From assembly GCA_001000675.1 (NCBI GenBank), contig LCHW01000002.1, positions 5,310 through 69,309 of the forward strand: 64,000 nucleotides of DNA, written 5' to 3'. Position numbers and translations under genes: made by a program. Of the stretch, positions 36,224 through 45,039 are shown in pieces. Within the stretch, counting starts at the first letter, position 1, and each line of letters begins with the position of its first letter. Source of the stretch: Candidatus Wolfebacteria bacterium GW2011_GWE2_44_13. GTDB taxonomy: Bacteria > Patescibacteriota > Minisyncoccia > UBA6257 > UBA9933. The notes beneath the pieces were generated by a model. It saw only the letters and a program-made list of their open reading frames with translations. It was not told the DNA's origin and made no database searches.

Positions 36224-37363
36224 ATGACAAAAACATCAAAACTAATAGTAGGGCTCGTAGGGATAGCGCTGGTCATCGGAGCAATATTTCTTACACAAAG
36301 GAATACGGAGGGTGAAAAAGTGGTCATTGGTGCATCTTTTGCACTTACGGGTAAATACGCCTATCTTGGAGAAGCTGAGCGCAACGGAAGTATGATGGCA
36401 GTCGAAGAGATTAACAAAAAGGGAGGAATTAACGGAACAAAGATCGAATTTATCGCTGAAGATAACGGAGGAGATGCAAAGTTGGCGGTAACAGGAGTAT
36501 CTAAGTTACTAGAGGTGAATAATGCAGACATCATACTATCTTCGTTTACACATATAACGAGCGCAATCAAAGGGTTGGTCGCAGAAAAAGGAAAGGTTAT
36601 GATCTACGCAGCAACCGTGCGAGATATTGCACAGAGCAACGACCTATTCTTTAGAGATTATTACGACGCAGAGGACAATGGTGCAGCAACGGCGAGACTT
36701 GTTGCAAAGAGTGGGTACAAAAACGTCGCATTCTTAAGTGAAAAGAGCCCGCAATGTGCGGAATTTGAAAAAGGATTTGAAGCAGAGGCAAAAGGAGCTG
36801 TGCTGATGACGACTAAGGAGTTGTATAGTGCTGAAGCTACTGATGTTCGTGTAAACCTCACGAAGATCAAAGGTGCTAAATCTGAAGCGATTGTGGTGTG
36901 TGGATGGCGACATGAGCACCTTATCATGAAGGAGATGAAGGAGTTGGGGATGATTGGAACACAGACCTTTCACTGGGTTGCTCCATTTCTCCCAGTTGCC
37001 AATACAGACGACATGAAGAAATTGTTCGAAGAAAATAAAGCAATTAGCACCTGGTATGGAGTGGCGGAAGAAAACAATACTGCAGAGCAGAAAGAGTTTA
37101 TCGAAAAATATCAAAAAGCATTCGGTATGAAACCAACGGGCGAGGCAGTGTATGCATATGATGATATCTACATACTCGCAAATGCTATTAAAGCTTGTGA
37201 TAAAGCGGGGAAGGCGAAGGACAGTCAGTGTATCGCACAGGAGCTCGGAAAGACAAATTACGATGGAGTCGGAGGAAAAGTATCATTTAATGACAGACTC
37301 TCTAATCGTGAAATAACAGCGATTCAGGTAGTGGGCGGTGTTTGGAGGAATATAATGCAATAA
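36224..37363 (+). CDS. LivK-type substrate-binding protein 6
   Basis: TM anchor followed by VVIGASFALTGKYAYLGEAERNGSMMAVEEINKKGGINGTKIEFIAEDNGGD... Confidence 0.8.
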   Translation: MTKTSKLIVGLVGIALVIGAIFLTQRNTEGEKVVIGASFALTGKYAYLGEAERNGSMMAVEEINKKGGINGTKIEFIAEDNGGDAKLAVTGVSKLLEVNNADIILSSFTHITSAIKGLVAEKGKVMIYAATVRDIAQSNDLFFRDYYDAEDNGAATARLVAKSGYKNVAFLSEKSPQCAEFEKGFEAEAKGAVLMTTKELYSAEATDVRVNLTKIKGAKSEAIVVCGWRHEHLIMKEMKELGMIGTQTFHWVAPFLPVANTDDMKKLFEENKAISTWYGVAEENNTAEQKEFIEKYQKAFGMKPTGEAVYAYDDIYILANAIKACDKAGKAKDSQCIAQELGKTNYDGVGGKVSFNDRLSNREITAIQVVGGVWRNIMQ

Positions 37364-37367
37364 AAAC

Positions 37368-37400
37368 ACTAAAAAATCCGCTTCGGCGGATTTTTTAGTG
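37368..37400. terminator. bidirectional terminator CACTAAAAAATCCGCttcgGCGGATTTTTTAGTG (family member 1 of 4)
   Basis: Extended 14-bp palindrome including the A/T runs, between the convergent SBP6 and Lrp-type regulator. Confidence 0.75.
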
Positions 37401-37409
37401 CGTAGAAGA

Positions 37410-38432
37410 TTAAGAATATGTGCCTCGTGTATACGCTTGTGAAGGCGGTATCAAATCAGGGTACTCCATCGCCATTTGTGTAAATTTATCTACTTGGTAG
37501 ATTTCATTTATTTCAACCTGTTGGAAAATGTCTTTGAATTGATTCTTCATGTCACGGATAAGATTGCGCAAGGCATCTCGGTCTTCTATTTCAATATCTA
37601 GGAGCAATTCCCAGCTCCCCATGCCTTTTACATAGTTGATGATGTTGGGATGTAACGAGCAGAATGCATATAAATCGTCGATGCGCTTCTGATCGAATTG
37701 CATAATTTTAAAACAAACGCGGTAGAGCAGTAGACCTATTTTTTGATAATCAATGGAAAAAGATATTTTAGTAATAACCCCAGCTGCAACGAGCTTTGCG
37801 TAGTGTTTATGTACTAAGCCAACGGAAACCCCCAGAACAGAAGCAATTTTAGTAAATTCCATTCTGCCATCAATAAGGAGGAGGGATATCATCTTGCGAT
37901 CAAGCTCAGTTAACTTGGCTTTTTCAGTCGTTCCTCCTGACAAAGCGTTTTCTCGTGGATGGTTTTCCTCGCCGATTAAATAGGTGCGCGGAAATTGTAT
38001 AAAGCCTAGGCCGACAAAAATATCCGAAGAAGCAACGTACTCACCGTAGCGGGTGAAAAACTTTTGCAGCATTTCGTTGTAGCTAAAAATATCTTTACTG
38101 ATGAAGCAAAGGAAAACATCTGCATATCCGTCTGAGCGCATGACAATCGGAGTATAAGCATCAGCATTAAGATATGCGTATATTTCCTGCTCCTTCTCTT
38201 TTGAAAGGCCGGCAAATTTAAGCCAATAGCCCCAGAAAAATGAATAGTCAGCCTTATCATAGTCAATAAAGGCCCAAAAGTGCTTTATAACACCTCGTTC
38301 CATGAGCTGCTCATAGTGGTATTTAACAACCTGAGGGGACGTGCCGATAGCGCGGGCAATCTCGGAGAAGCTTGCGCGGCCATTTTGGTCAAGCTGAAAA
38401 AGTATCTTTTTGTCAAGTTCTGTGACGTTCAT
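37410..38432 (-). CDS. tandem-duplicated Lrp/AsnC-family regulator (two HTH + RAM-like modules)
   Basis: 340 aa. Two HTH_AsnC-like segments (LDKKILFQLDQNGRASFSEIARAIGTSPQVVKYHYEQL and LDRKMISLLLIDGRMEFTKIASVLGVSVGLVHKHYAKL), each followed by a domain of about 100 aa. Confidence 0.65.
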   Translation of the reverse strand: MNVTELDKKILFQLDQNGRASFSEIARAIGTSPQVVKYHYEQLMERGVIKHFWAFIDYDKADYSFFWGYWLKFAGLSKEKEQEIYAYLNADAYTPIVMRSDGYADVFLCFISKDIFSYNEMLQKFFTRYGEYVASSDIFVGLGFIQFPRTYLIGEENHPRENALSGGTTEKAKLTELDRKMISLLLIDGRMEFTKIASVLGVSVGLVHKHYAKLVAAGVITKISFSIDYQKIGLLLYRVCFKIMQFDQKRIDDLYAFCSLHPNIINYVKGMGSWELLLDIEIEDRDALRNLIRDMKNQFKDIFQQVEINEIYQVDKFTQMAMEYPDLIPPSQAYTRGTYS

Positions 38433-38619
38433 TTTTAAAAAAATATAATAATACTCTAATTTTAGAGTATTATTTAAAAAAATACAAGAAATCTATTGTA
38501 GATATATCATTTAATGTCATAATAATGTCATAAGATGCATAGAAAGGAACTATGTTATCCCAAACCTTGCAAGGGTTAGAAAGAGAGAAGTTTATAAATT
38601 AATTAAAAATAAAATATAT

Positions 38620-39762
38620 ATGGATAAAAATACAAAAATGATCGTCGGTGCTGTTATAGCTATTGTGGTGCTATGGGGAGGATATGCGCTTATGGGGAAG
38701 CAAAGCGTGCCGGCAACGAATGAACCGATAAAAATCGGCGTTGCAACATTCTTGAGTGGAGATCTCGCGGCATTAGGGGAGAACATCGTAAATACTGCAC
38801 AGTTGGCAGTGGACGATATAAATGCAAAGGGAGGTATTAACGGGCGACAGGTGCAAATAATCGCCGAAGATGCAAAGTGCGATAGCAAAACAGGATTGTC
38901 GGCTGTATCTAAGCTGGTAAACACTGACAATGTTAAGTATATCGTTGGCGGTATGTGTAGCAATGGCACTATAGCAGCAGCACCTGTTGCGAATGAACAT
39001 AACGTCGTCCTGATGACACCGGTCACTGGCGGGCGAAATGTAGACGAAGCAGGAGAATACATCTTCAGAACAGCAAACTCAGACCTTTTGGCGGGACGCA
39101 ACATTGCAGAAGCAATGGCAAAAAAAGGATATAAGAAGGTGGGCGTGATTGCTGAAACAACCGAATATACAATCGATATAAAGAAGAGCTTTGAGCAACG
39201 GGCAAATGAATTAGGGCTAACAGTTGCGGTTGCCGAAGAATTCCAGCCAAATACGACGGACTTTAGAACAATTGCAGCAAAGATAAAGGGTGAGAATTTG
39301 GAAGCAGTGTTGGTTGCGTCGCAGACAGGCATTAGTGGAGGCAACTTGATCAAGCAGATGAAGAGCCTTGGTATAAATGCTCCTGTATTCTCAGACTTCC
39401 TCTTGGTGTTGAATGGGGATGTTAAAAAGATTCTCGGCTCGTTTGAAGGAATCTATTTCGCTGATCCTTCTTATAACGCGGACAATGCAGGGCTTAAGAA
39501 CTTCTTCGCAGCATACAAAGCAAAGTACGGAAAAGATCCAGTAGCGCCATTCCACAGCGCAGCAACGTACGATGATGTACAGCTACTCGCTACTGCAATA
39601 AAAGCTGTAGGTGACGACAGTGTGAAAGTACACGATTGGTTAACGGCAAACGTAAAGAGTTACAAAGGATTTATGGGAACCTACTCCATTGACCAGAACG
39701 GAAATTCAGATCTCGGATTTACGGTAAAGGTCGTAAAGGATGGAGTGCCAACAGATATGTAA
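38620..39762 (+). CDS. LivK-type substrate-binding protein 7
   Basis: IKIGVATFLSGDLAALGENIVNTAQLAVDDINAKGGINGRQVQIIAEDAKCD... Confidence 0.85.
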   Translation: MDKNTKMIVGAVIAIVVLWGGYALMGKQSVPATNEPIKIGVATFLSGDLAALGENIVNTAQLAVDDINAKGGINGRQVQIIAEDAKCDSKTGLSAVSKLVNTDNVKYIVGGMCSNGTIAAAPVANEHNVVLMTPVTGGRNVDEAGEYIFRTANSDLLAGRNIAEAMAKKGYKKVGVIAETTEYTIDIKKSFEQRANELGLTVAVAEEFQPNTTDFRTIAAKIKGENLEAVLVASQTGISGGNLIKQMKSLGINAPVFSDFLLVLNGDVKKILGSFEGIYFADPSYNADNAGLKNFFAAYKAKYGKDPVAPFHSAATYDDVQLLATAIKAVGDDSVKVHDWLTANVKSYKGFMGTYSIDQNGNSDLGFTVKVVKDGVPTDM

Positions 39763-39767
39763 ATGAA

Positions 39768-39800
39768 ACTAAAAAATCCGCCTCGGCGGATTTTTTAGTG
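39768..39800. terminator. bidirectional terminator AACTAAAAAATCCGCCtcgGCGGATTTTTTAGTGG (family member 2)
   Basis: Near-identical to the terminators at 37368, 41836 and 43991. Confidence 0.75.
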
Positions 39801-39804
39801 GATG

Positions 39805-40596
39805 CTATGCTTTTCCCATTTCCCAAAGCATTTCAAAAAATGCGCGGTAGTTGCTTGCAACTCGTTCTGATTTAACGATGTACACAAGGGGTGGTGTGAG
39901 AAATGTATAAAAAGAAACACTATCCTTTCTAATAATCATATGTGTCTCACCCTTAGGAAGACTACTCATAAAGCGGTACTCCTGATGGGCAAGTGTGCCG
40001 ACGTACTTCTGATAAAGCGGTCGCTCGTCAGCAGTCCCGAGATATTTTATCCGCGCCTTTTTTCTTGCGCGTATTGCGAGGTACGGAGCGAGTGTATCTC
40101 CCATAAGTTCGCTAAACGCTGCTGTTGCACCGCCGATAATATATTCCTCCGCCCCCTCTTCTTCGGACTGCGCGCGTAAAAGCTCGTATTCCTGTATTGC
40201 TCGCGTGCCTTGGATAACCTCAAAGTCTTGCTCGTTGCCAATAGCACTTATCTGGTTAAGCGATCGGGCAAGATCGCTAGCGGCGAGCGCTTTTTTCCTG
40301 CCAATAGTCTCGATTATTTGAGGAGAGTGTGCTTTATATTTTGTCTGCTTCCCGCGGAGTACTTCCTCGATAAGACCCTCACGAATAAGCGCGGGGAGGG
40401 CGGTATAAACGTACTGCCGATGTAGCGATGTTATTGAAGCTATTTGCGATACACCAGCTTCAGAGCCACTTTGAAGAAGATGGAGATAAATAAGCGCTTC
40501 GTTACGGGAAAACCCAAGCGTAACAAGCTCAGCAATAAGGGCGTTTGCGTGCTCTTCGCTGATAAGCGATTTTTGAGATGGGTTTCTAAGTGTCAT
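39805..40596 (-). CDS. TrmB-family transcriptional regulator 6 (divergent, longer N-terminus)
   Basis: ALIYLHLLQSGSEAGVSQIASITSLHRQYVYTALPALIREGLI wHTH plus a TrmB-like C-terminal region. Confidence 0.6.
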   Translation of the reverse strand: MTLRNPSQKSLISEEHANALIAELVTLGFSRNEALIYLHLLQSGSEAGVSQIASITSLHRQYVYTALPALIREGLIEEVLRGKQTKYKAHSPQIIETIGRKKALAASDLARSLNQISAIGNEQDFEVIQGTRAIQEYELLRAQSEEEGAEEYIIGGATAAFSELMGDTLAPYLAIRARKKARIKYLGTADERPLYQKYVGTLAHQEYRFMSSLPKGETHMIIRKDSVSFYTFLTPPLVYIVKSERVASNYRAFFEMLWEMGKA

Positions 40597-40741
40597 AAAT
40601 TATATAACACTATACAATAAAACATAGTATTTTGCAACACATTTTGGTATAAAAATATGACATAAAATAGTTGACAAATAAGGATATTTGTGAGAATATA
40701 CTACTATAATCAAGATAAGCAAAACATCTTATAAACAGTAT

Positions 40742-41830
40742 ATGAATAATAAAAAATTAGTAATTGCATTGATGGCCATCGTAGTTGTTGGCATAGCAGG
40801 TACGTATTTCTTCAAGGGGAATGGCGCGGCTACGGAAAATGAGGCAGGTGACGTAATAAACATCGGAGCAATTCTATCCCTTACGTCATACGGCGCGAGT
40901 GATGGAGAAAGTATCAAGAATGGACTTGAACTAGCAAGAAAAGATTTAATAAAGGAGAACATAATTGTAAATATAGATTATTTCGACGACGGCACTGATC
41001 CAAAGCAAGTTGTATCAGGAGTGCAGTATATGAAGTCAAAAAATATAGACATCGTGTTTGGTCCAATTTGGAGCTATCTCGGAGATGCGGCGCTTGCCGT
41101 AGTGGGAGGGTCAAATATAACATTGCTCGCCCCTTCATTAACAAGCGAAGTAGTGCAGCAGGCTTCATCGCAAATAGTATTTGGTCAAGCAAAGAACGCA
41201 GAAAAATTACCAGCGACAACCGCTTGGATGCAAGAGAACAATATTAAGAAGCCGGCAATCATCGTAAATCAGATAGCATGGGGGAATGTACATGCTACTA
41301 TGTTTGCCGAGGCAGTTAAAAATGCGGGCGGTATTGTGGTGTTAAATGAAGAGATCGGGTTTGGAAAAGAAAAAGAAACGTTGCCAGGGCTTATTGTAAA
41401 GGCAAAGTTTTTGGGAGCTGACGCAATATTGTGGGCAGGGTCAAACGACGGAGAGGTGATTATCATAAGCGAAATGCAAAAGCTTGGTATGAAGATGCCA
41501 CTCTTCGCGGACGAGGGCGTGATGACAGCGTTTAACAGTGGGCTTATTTCAAAAGATATAACAGTACCGGTGTATACGTGGAACAAGGCAATGCACCCCG
41601 AGTTCGTTGCTAAATTTAAGGCTGAATATAATAAAGAGCCAGATCATTATGCAGATGCAGCATATGATATGTTAATTGCGGCAGCAAAAACAGTGAGTAA
41701 AAATGGAACGAGTAATCTCAAGGCAAACCTAAACAGCCTTAACTATACTGGCTATGCAGGGACATATCAGTTTGATGAAAAGGGCGATATTAAGGGAGGA
41801 GATTGGAAGGTTGTAAAAATAACAAAATAA
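40742..41830 (+). CDS. LivK-type substrate-binding protein 8 (most divergent)
   Basis: TM anchor followed by INIGAILSLTSYGASDGESIKNGLELARKDL.... Shorter than the others (362 aa). Confidence 0.7.
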   Translation: MNNKKLVIALMAIVVVGIAGTYFFKGNGAATENEAGDVINIGAILSLTSYGASDGESIKNGLELARKDLIKENIIVNIDYFDDGTDPKQVVSGVQYMKSKNIDIVFGPIWSYLGDAALAVVGGSNITLLAPSLTSEVVQQASSQIVFGQAKNAEKLPATTAWMQENNIKKPAIIVNQIAWGNVHATMFAEAVKNAGGIVVLNEEIGFGKEKETLPGLIVKAKFLGADAILWAGSNDGEVIIISEMQKLGMKMPLFADEGVMTAFNSGLISKDITVPVYTWNKAMHPEFVAKFKAEYNKEPDHYADAAYDMLIAAAKTVSKNGTSNLKANLNSLNYTGYAGTYQFDEKGDIKGGDWKVVKITK

Positions 41831-41835
41831 TAATC

Positions 41836-41870
41836 CACTAAAAAATCCGCCGAGGCGGATTTTTTAGTGG
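41836..41870. terminator. bidirectional terminator CACTAAAAAATCCGCCgaGGCGGATTTTTTAGTGG (family member 3)
   Basis: Same motif as the other family members. Confidence 0.75.
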
Positions 41871-41878
41871 TGATTAAA

Positions 41879-42613
41879 TTATTTAAGCAAATTCCACATA
41901 GTTTCGAAGATGGCTTTGAGGCCGTCATAAATTTTCTTACTTTCGATAATTAAACCCAAATCTTCTTTATAGGAAATGATGCCCACTTTATTGTCTCCAT
42001 AGATCTTTATCTCAATATCAAAAATCTTGAAAGCGGCATCGGAGACGAACTTCGTTGTTGTAATAGCGTTTTCGCGCTGATGTTTTGAAAACTCTCTATT
42101 TGCAGCGGTATCAGGGACAATAGCCCGAGCCCATATTTTGCGCTTAACGCGTTCGGGTAAATAATAGCCTTCGAAATAATCTTCACTCAAGTTGATGTAC
42201 GGGTAGGGGAATAGCGTGAGTATTTCTTGGTCAGGATACTGGAGTGTATCTTCGAAAACTTCCTTTACCCCCTCGAGCCCCTCAAAGTATTTGATCTTAG
42301 GCTTTTTATCCAACAGGTTCATGAGCGAAAGGAGCTCGGGCATGGCCTCTTCTATTGATTGCTTCTTCGCCTCGAGTGCCTCGGGGATTTTTTTAGGACT
42401 CTCAGCATAAAAAACAGTGCGCTTCTTAAGGCGGCCTTGGCTCACGAGTCCGCGCCGTTTAAGGAGCTCTATTGTTTCATAGACAGTGGAGCGTTTAATG
42501 CCCGTCTTTTTTACAAGTTGAGCAATCGTTGCTTCGCTCAATTCTAAAAGGGCTAAATAAATATCAGCTTCTTTTTTAGATAGGCCCGCAGCCTGTAATT
42601 TCTTTGAAATCAT
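41879..42613 (-). CDS. TrmB-family transcriptional regulator 7
   Basis: KKLQAAGLSKKEADIYLALLELSEATIAQLVKKTGIKRSTVYETIELLKRRGLV... Confidence 0.75.
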   Translation of the reverse strand: MISKKLQAAGLSKKEADIYLALLELSEATIAQLVKKTGIKRSTVYETIELLKRRGLVSQGRLKKRTVFYAESPKKIPEALEAKKQSIEEAMPELLSLMNLLDKKPKIKYFEGLEGVKEVFEDTLQYPDQEILTLFPYPYINLSEDYFEGYYLPERVKRKIWARAIVPDTAANREFSKHQRENAITTTKFVSDAAFKIFDIEIKIYGDNKVGIISYKEDLGLIIESKKIYDGLKAIFETMWNLLK

Positions 42614-42628
42614 ATATTTGATGTAAAA

Positions 42629-42647
42629 GTGACGATAATTCCGTCAC
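42629..42647. promoter_or_regulatory. candidate TrmB7 operator GTGACG-N7-CGTCAC (perfect 6-bp arms)
   Basis: 16 bp upstream of the trmB7 start codon. Confidence 0.45.
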
Positions 42648-42810
42648 TACTTTAAATATACAATAAGTGACAAAAAAGTCAATGTTTAAGGCATAAAAGC
42701 GATATGCTTATAATAATTATTTTTTAAATTAAATACATAAATTGACCAATTGACACAATATTGATAACGTGTTGTTGTAAGGTTTAAATAACAAAAATAA
42801 TAAAAAATAT

Positions 42811-43962
42811 ATGAACAAAAACAAAAACATCGTTATCGCATTCGTAGTTGTTCTCGTGGTGTTGGTCGCAGGGTATGTGCTCAACAGCAATCAGCAGGTT
42901 GCGCAAACAAATGAGCCGTATAAGATAGGCTATATAGGACCTATGACAGGGGGCGTGGCGATATTAGGAGAAGAGGCTTCTAAGTCAATCCAAATTGCGG
43001 TTGATGAAGCAAATGCAAATGGAGGAATAAACGGACGACAGATCGAGTTTATCGTAGAAGATGACCAGTACGATACAGCGAAGTCAATCAGCGCATACGA
43101 AAAATTGGTAAACAGTGATGGTGTTGATACGATTGTCATGTCTACCTACGGAGGCGTTATGGCCTTGGCAGAGCGGGCAAAGAACGACAATGTGATGATT
43201 GTTGATTCCTTGGATTGTGATCAGGCACTCGCCAATCTTCCAGAGAACATTTTCTGTATTGCTAAGGAAACAAATGACTTGGCAGATGTAATCGCTGACT
43301 ATGCAAAGGAACAGGGATATAAGAATATCGGAATCTTGCATTCTACAGTTGATAACTTCATGCAGTCTGTTTCTGATGAATTCGTAGTACGCGTAGGTGA
43401 TAAGGCTTCTGTGCAGGTAGAGAGCTACCAGCCAGGAACAACCGACTTCAAGACATCATTGCTTAAGTTCAAGGATAAGGATGCAATCGTATTTCTTGGA
43501 TATGATGAAGTCGGAATTGCTATCAAAGAAGCAAAGAGCTTGAATGTAGGTAAGAATTACTTGACGATTCCTACTGTTGCAACTACGCCTTCTATACAGG
43601 CAGCTGCAGGAAAGGCAATCGATGGTATTCACTTCTCATTCTATGCTCCGCTTGAAGCAAACCCAGTTGCTACAAAGTTCTATAGCGACTTCAAGGCAAA
43701 GTATGAAAGAACTCCTTACGTTTTTGTCGCAAGCGACCAGGCATATGACGCAGCAAAGATCTTGATTACCGAGGTATTGCCAAAGGTTACTGCTGATACA
43801 AAGGCAGAGCAGTTGAGCCAGAAGATTACCGCCATGGAAAAGGTAAAGAACTTTAAGGGGGTAACAGGGACACTTACTATGAAGGCTGATGGCCGAATAA
43901 GTGGAATCCTTGTACGCTTGTTCAAGCTAGAGAACATGATGCCAGTGTTTGTTGGAAAATAA
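42811..43962 (+). CDS. LivK-type substrate-binding protein 9
   Basis: YKIGYIGPMTGGVAILGEEASKSIQIAVDEANANGGINGRQIEFIVEDDQYD... Confidence 0.85.
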   Translation: MNKNKNIVIAFVVVLVVLVAGYVLNSNQQVAQTNEPYKIGYIGPMTGGVAILGEEASKSIQIAVDEANANGGINGRQIEFIVEDDQYDTAKSISAYEKLVNSDGVDTIVMSTYGGVMALAERAKNDNVMIVDSLDCDQALANLPENIFCIAKETNDLADVIADYAKEQGYKNIGILHSTVDNFMQSVSDEFVVRVGDKASVQVESYQPGTTDFKTSLLKFKDKDAIVFLGYDEVGIAIKEAKSLNVGKNYLTIPTVATTPSIQAAAGKAIDGIHFSFYAPLEANPVATKFYSDFKAKYERTPYVFVASDQAYDAAKILITEVLPKVTADTKAEQLSQKITAMEKVKNFKGVTGTLTMKADGRISGILVRLFKLENMMPVFVGK

Positions 43963-43990
43963 CACCGGAGTACATGACAGTTAAATAAGC

Positions 43991-44026
43991 AACTAAAAAA
44001 TCCGCCTCGGTGGATTTTTTAGTGGG
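43991..44026. terminator. terminator AACTAAAAAATCCGCCtcgGTGGATTTTTTAGTGGG (family member 4)
   Basis: Same motif with a G-T wobble in the stem. Confidence 0.7.
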
Positions 44027-44032
44027 ACACTC

Positions 44033-44072
44033 TTTTCCGAGCACCCACATGGATTCGAAGATGGCTTTGAGG
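44033..44072 (-). pseudogene. relic of a trmB 3' end (encodes ...IYLKAIFESMWVLGK, matching the TrmB7 C-terminus ...IYDGLKAIFETMWNLLK)
   Basis: The DNA CCACATGGATTCGAAGATGGCTTTGAGG parallels CCACATAGTTTCGAAGATGGCTTTGAGG at the 3' end of trmB7. No upstream ORF is attached. Confidence 0.6.
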
Positions 44073-44109
44073 TAGATATAGGGGTAGTAAATTATGTATA
44101 GTGTGTTAA

Positions 44110-44127
44110 TATGACGGCATAAAGCGT
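44110..44127. promoter_or_regulatory. candidate TrmB8 operator TGACG-N8-CGTCA, about 110 bp upstream of trmB8
   Basis: Same half-site class as the trmB4 site. Confidence 0.35.
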
Positions 44128-44235
44128 CATTTTTCGAGATAGATAAAACATAGGGAATAAAAGGGTGGAGTGCTCGCTTGGTTTAAAAATGGCGAAGTGG
44201 GGTGAACAAAATTAAGGATTAATGGTACAAACAAT

Positions 44236-45015
44236 ATGTTAAGTAAAAAGCAATTCGAAGAGATACGGGCAGGCCTTTTACAATTGGAATTTACCGATAA
44301 TGAAATTGCAGTCTATGTATCTATATTACAAGATAGGGGTTCAAGTATCCCGTCCGTTGCAAAAGAAACTGAGCTGAGTAGAGGGACTGTATATGACGTT
44401 GTGGAAAAGCTAAAAGGCAAAGGGTTTATAGCGGAGGCGAAAAAAGGTAAAAAAAGAAAATTCGTTGCTGAAAATCCGAATAATAAGTTGTATCTCTTGC
44501 TCGATGAAAAACATCGAGACTTGCAGCGGTCTAAGCAGATAGTAGAGCAGATTTTGCCTATCTTGAATGTGTTCACTGAGCAGGATGCTTTCCGGCCACA
44601 AGTGAGGGTATATGAAGGCGAGAAAGGATTTAGGCAGATATGGGATGAAGTTTTTTCCTATGAAGGGAAAAACTTTCTGAGCATTACTAGAGTTGAGACA
44701 TTTTTAACATTTATGGGACAGGAGTTTCTTGATGAGTTGCAGGAGCGAAAAGCAAAACTCGGGATTACGAGCCGAGCCATTAATGAGGATTCAGCGGCTG
44801 GGCATCGTACGCAAGATAGCGATAAAAAATATTTGCGGGAAACAAGATTGGCACCGAAAGAATTTCAGTTCCCCTCGTCCGAAATAATTTTTGGAGACAA
44901 TATAGCAATGTTCTCTACACGAAAAGAAAATATTATTGTTGTGATTGAGAGTAAGGATCTTGCGGAAGCACATAGAACATATTTTGAAATGATGTGGCAA
45001 TTTATCGGTAGGTAA
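44236..45015 (+). CDS. TrmB-family transcriptional regulator 8 (co-directional with its SBP)
   Basis: LLQLEFTDNEIAVYVSILQDRGSSIPSVAKETELSRGTVYDVVEKLKGKGFI... Confidence 0.7.
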   Translation: MLSKKQFEEIRAGLLQLEFTDNEIAVYVSILQDRGSSIPSVAKETELSRGTVYDVVEKLKGKGFIAEAKKGKKRKFVAENPNNKLYLLLDEKHRDLQRSKQIVEQILPILNVFTEQDAFRPQVRVYEGEKGFRQIWDEVFSYEGKNFLSITRVETFLTFMGQEFLDELQERKAKLGITSRAINEDSAAGHRTQDSDKKYLRETRLAPKEFQFPSSEIIFGDNIAMFSTRKENIIVVIESKDLAEAHRTYFEMMWQFIGR

Positions 45016-45039
45016 ATTCTAAAAGGGTGTACGGTCTCT

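Noticed and set aside
38592-39353. 253-aa ORF on the minus strand antisense to SBP7
   Set aside because: It lies entirely within and antisense to a well-supported LivK-type gene. It is low-complexity and has no start or RBS context. It is an antisense shadow ORF.
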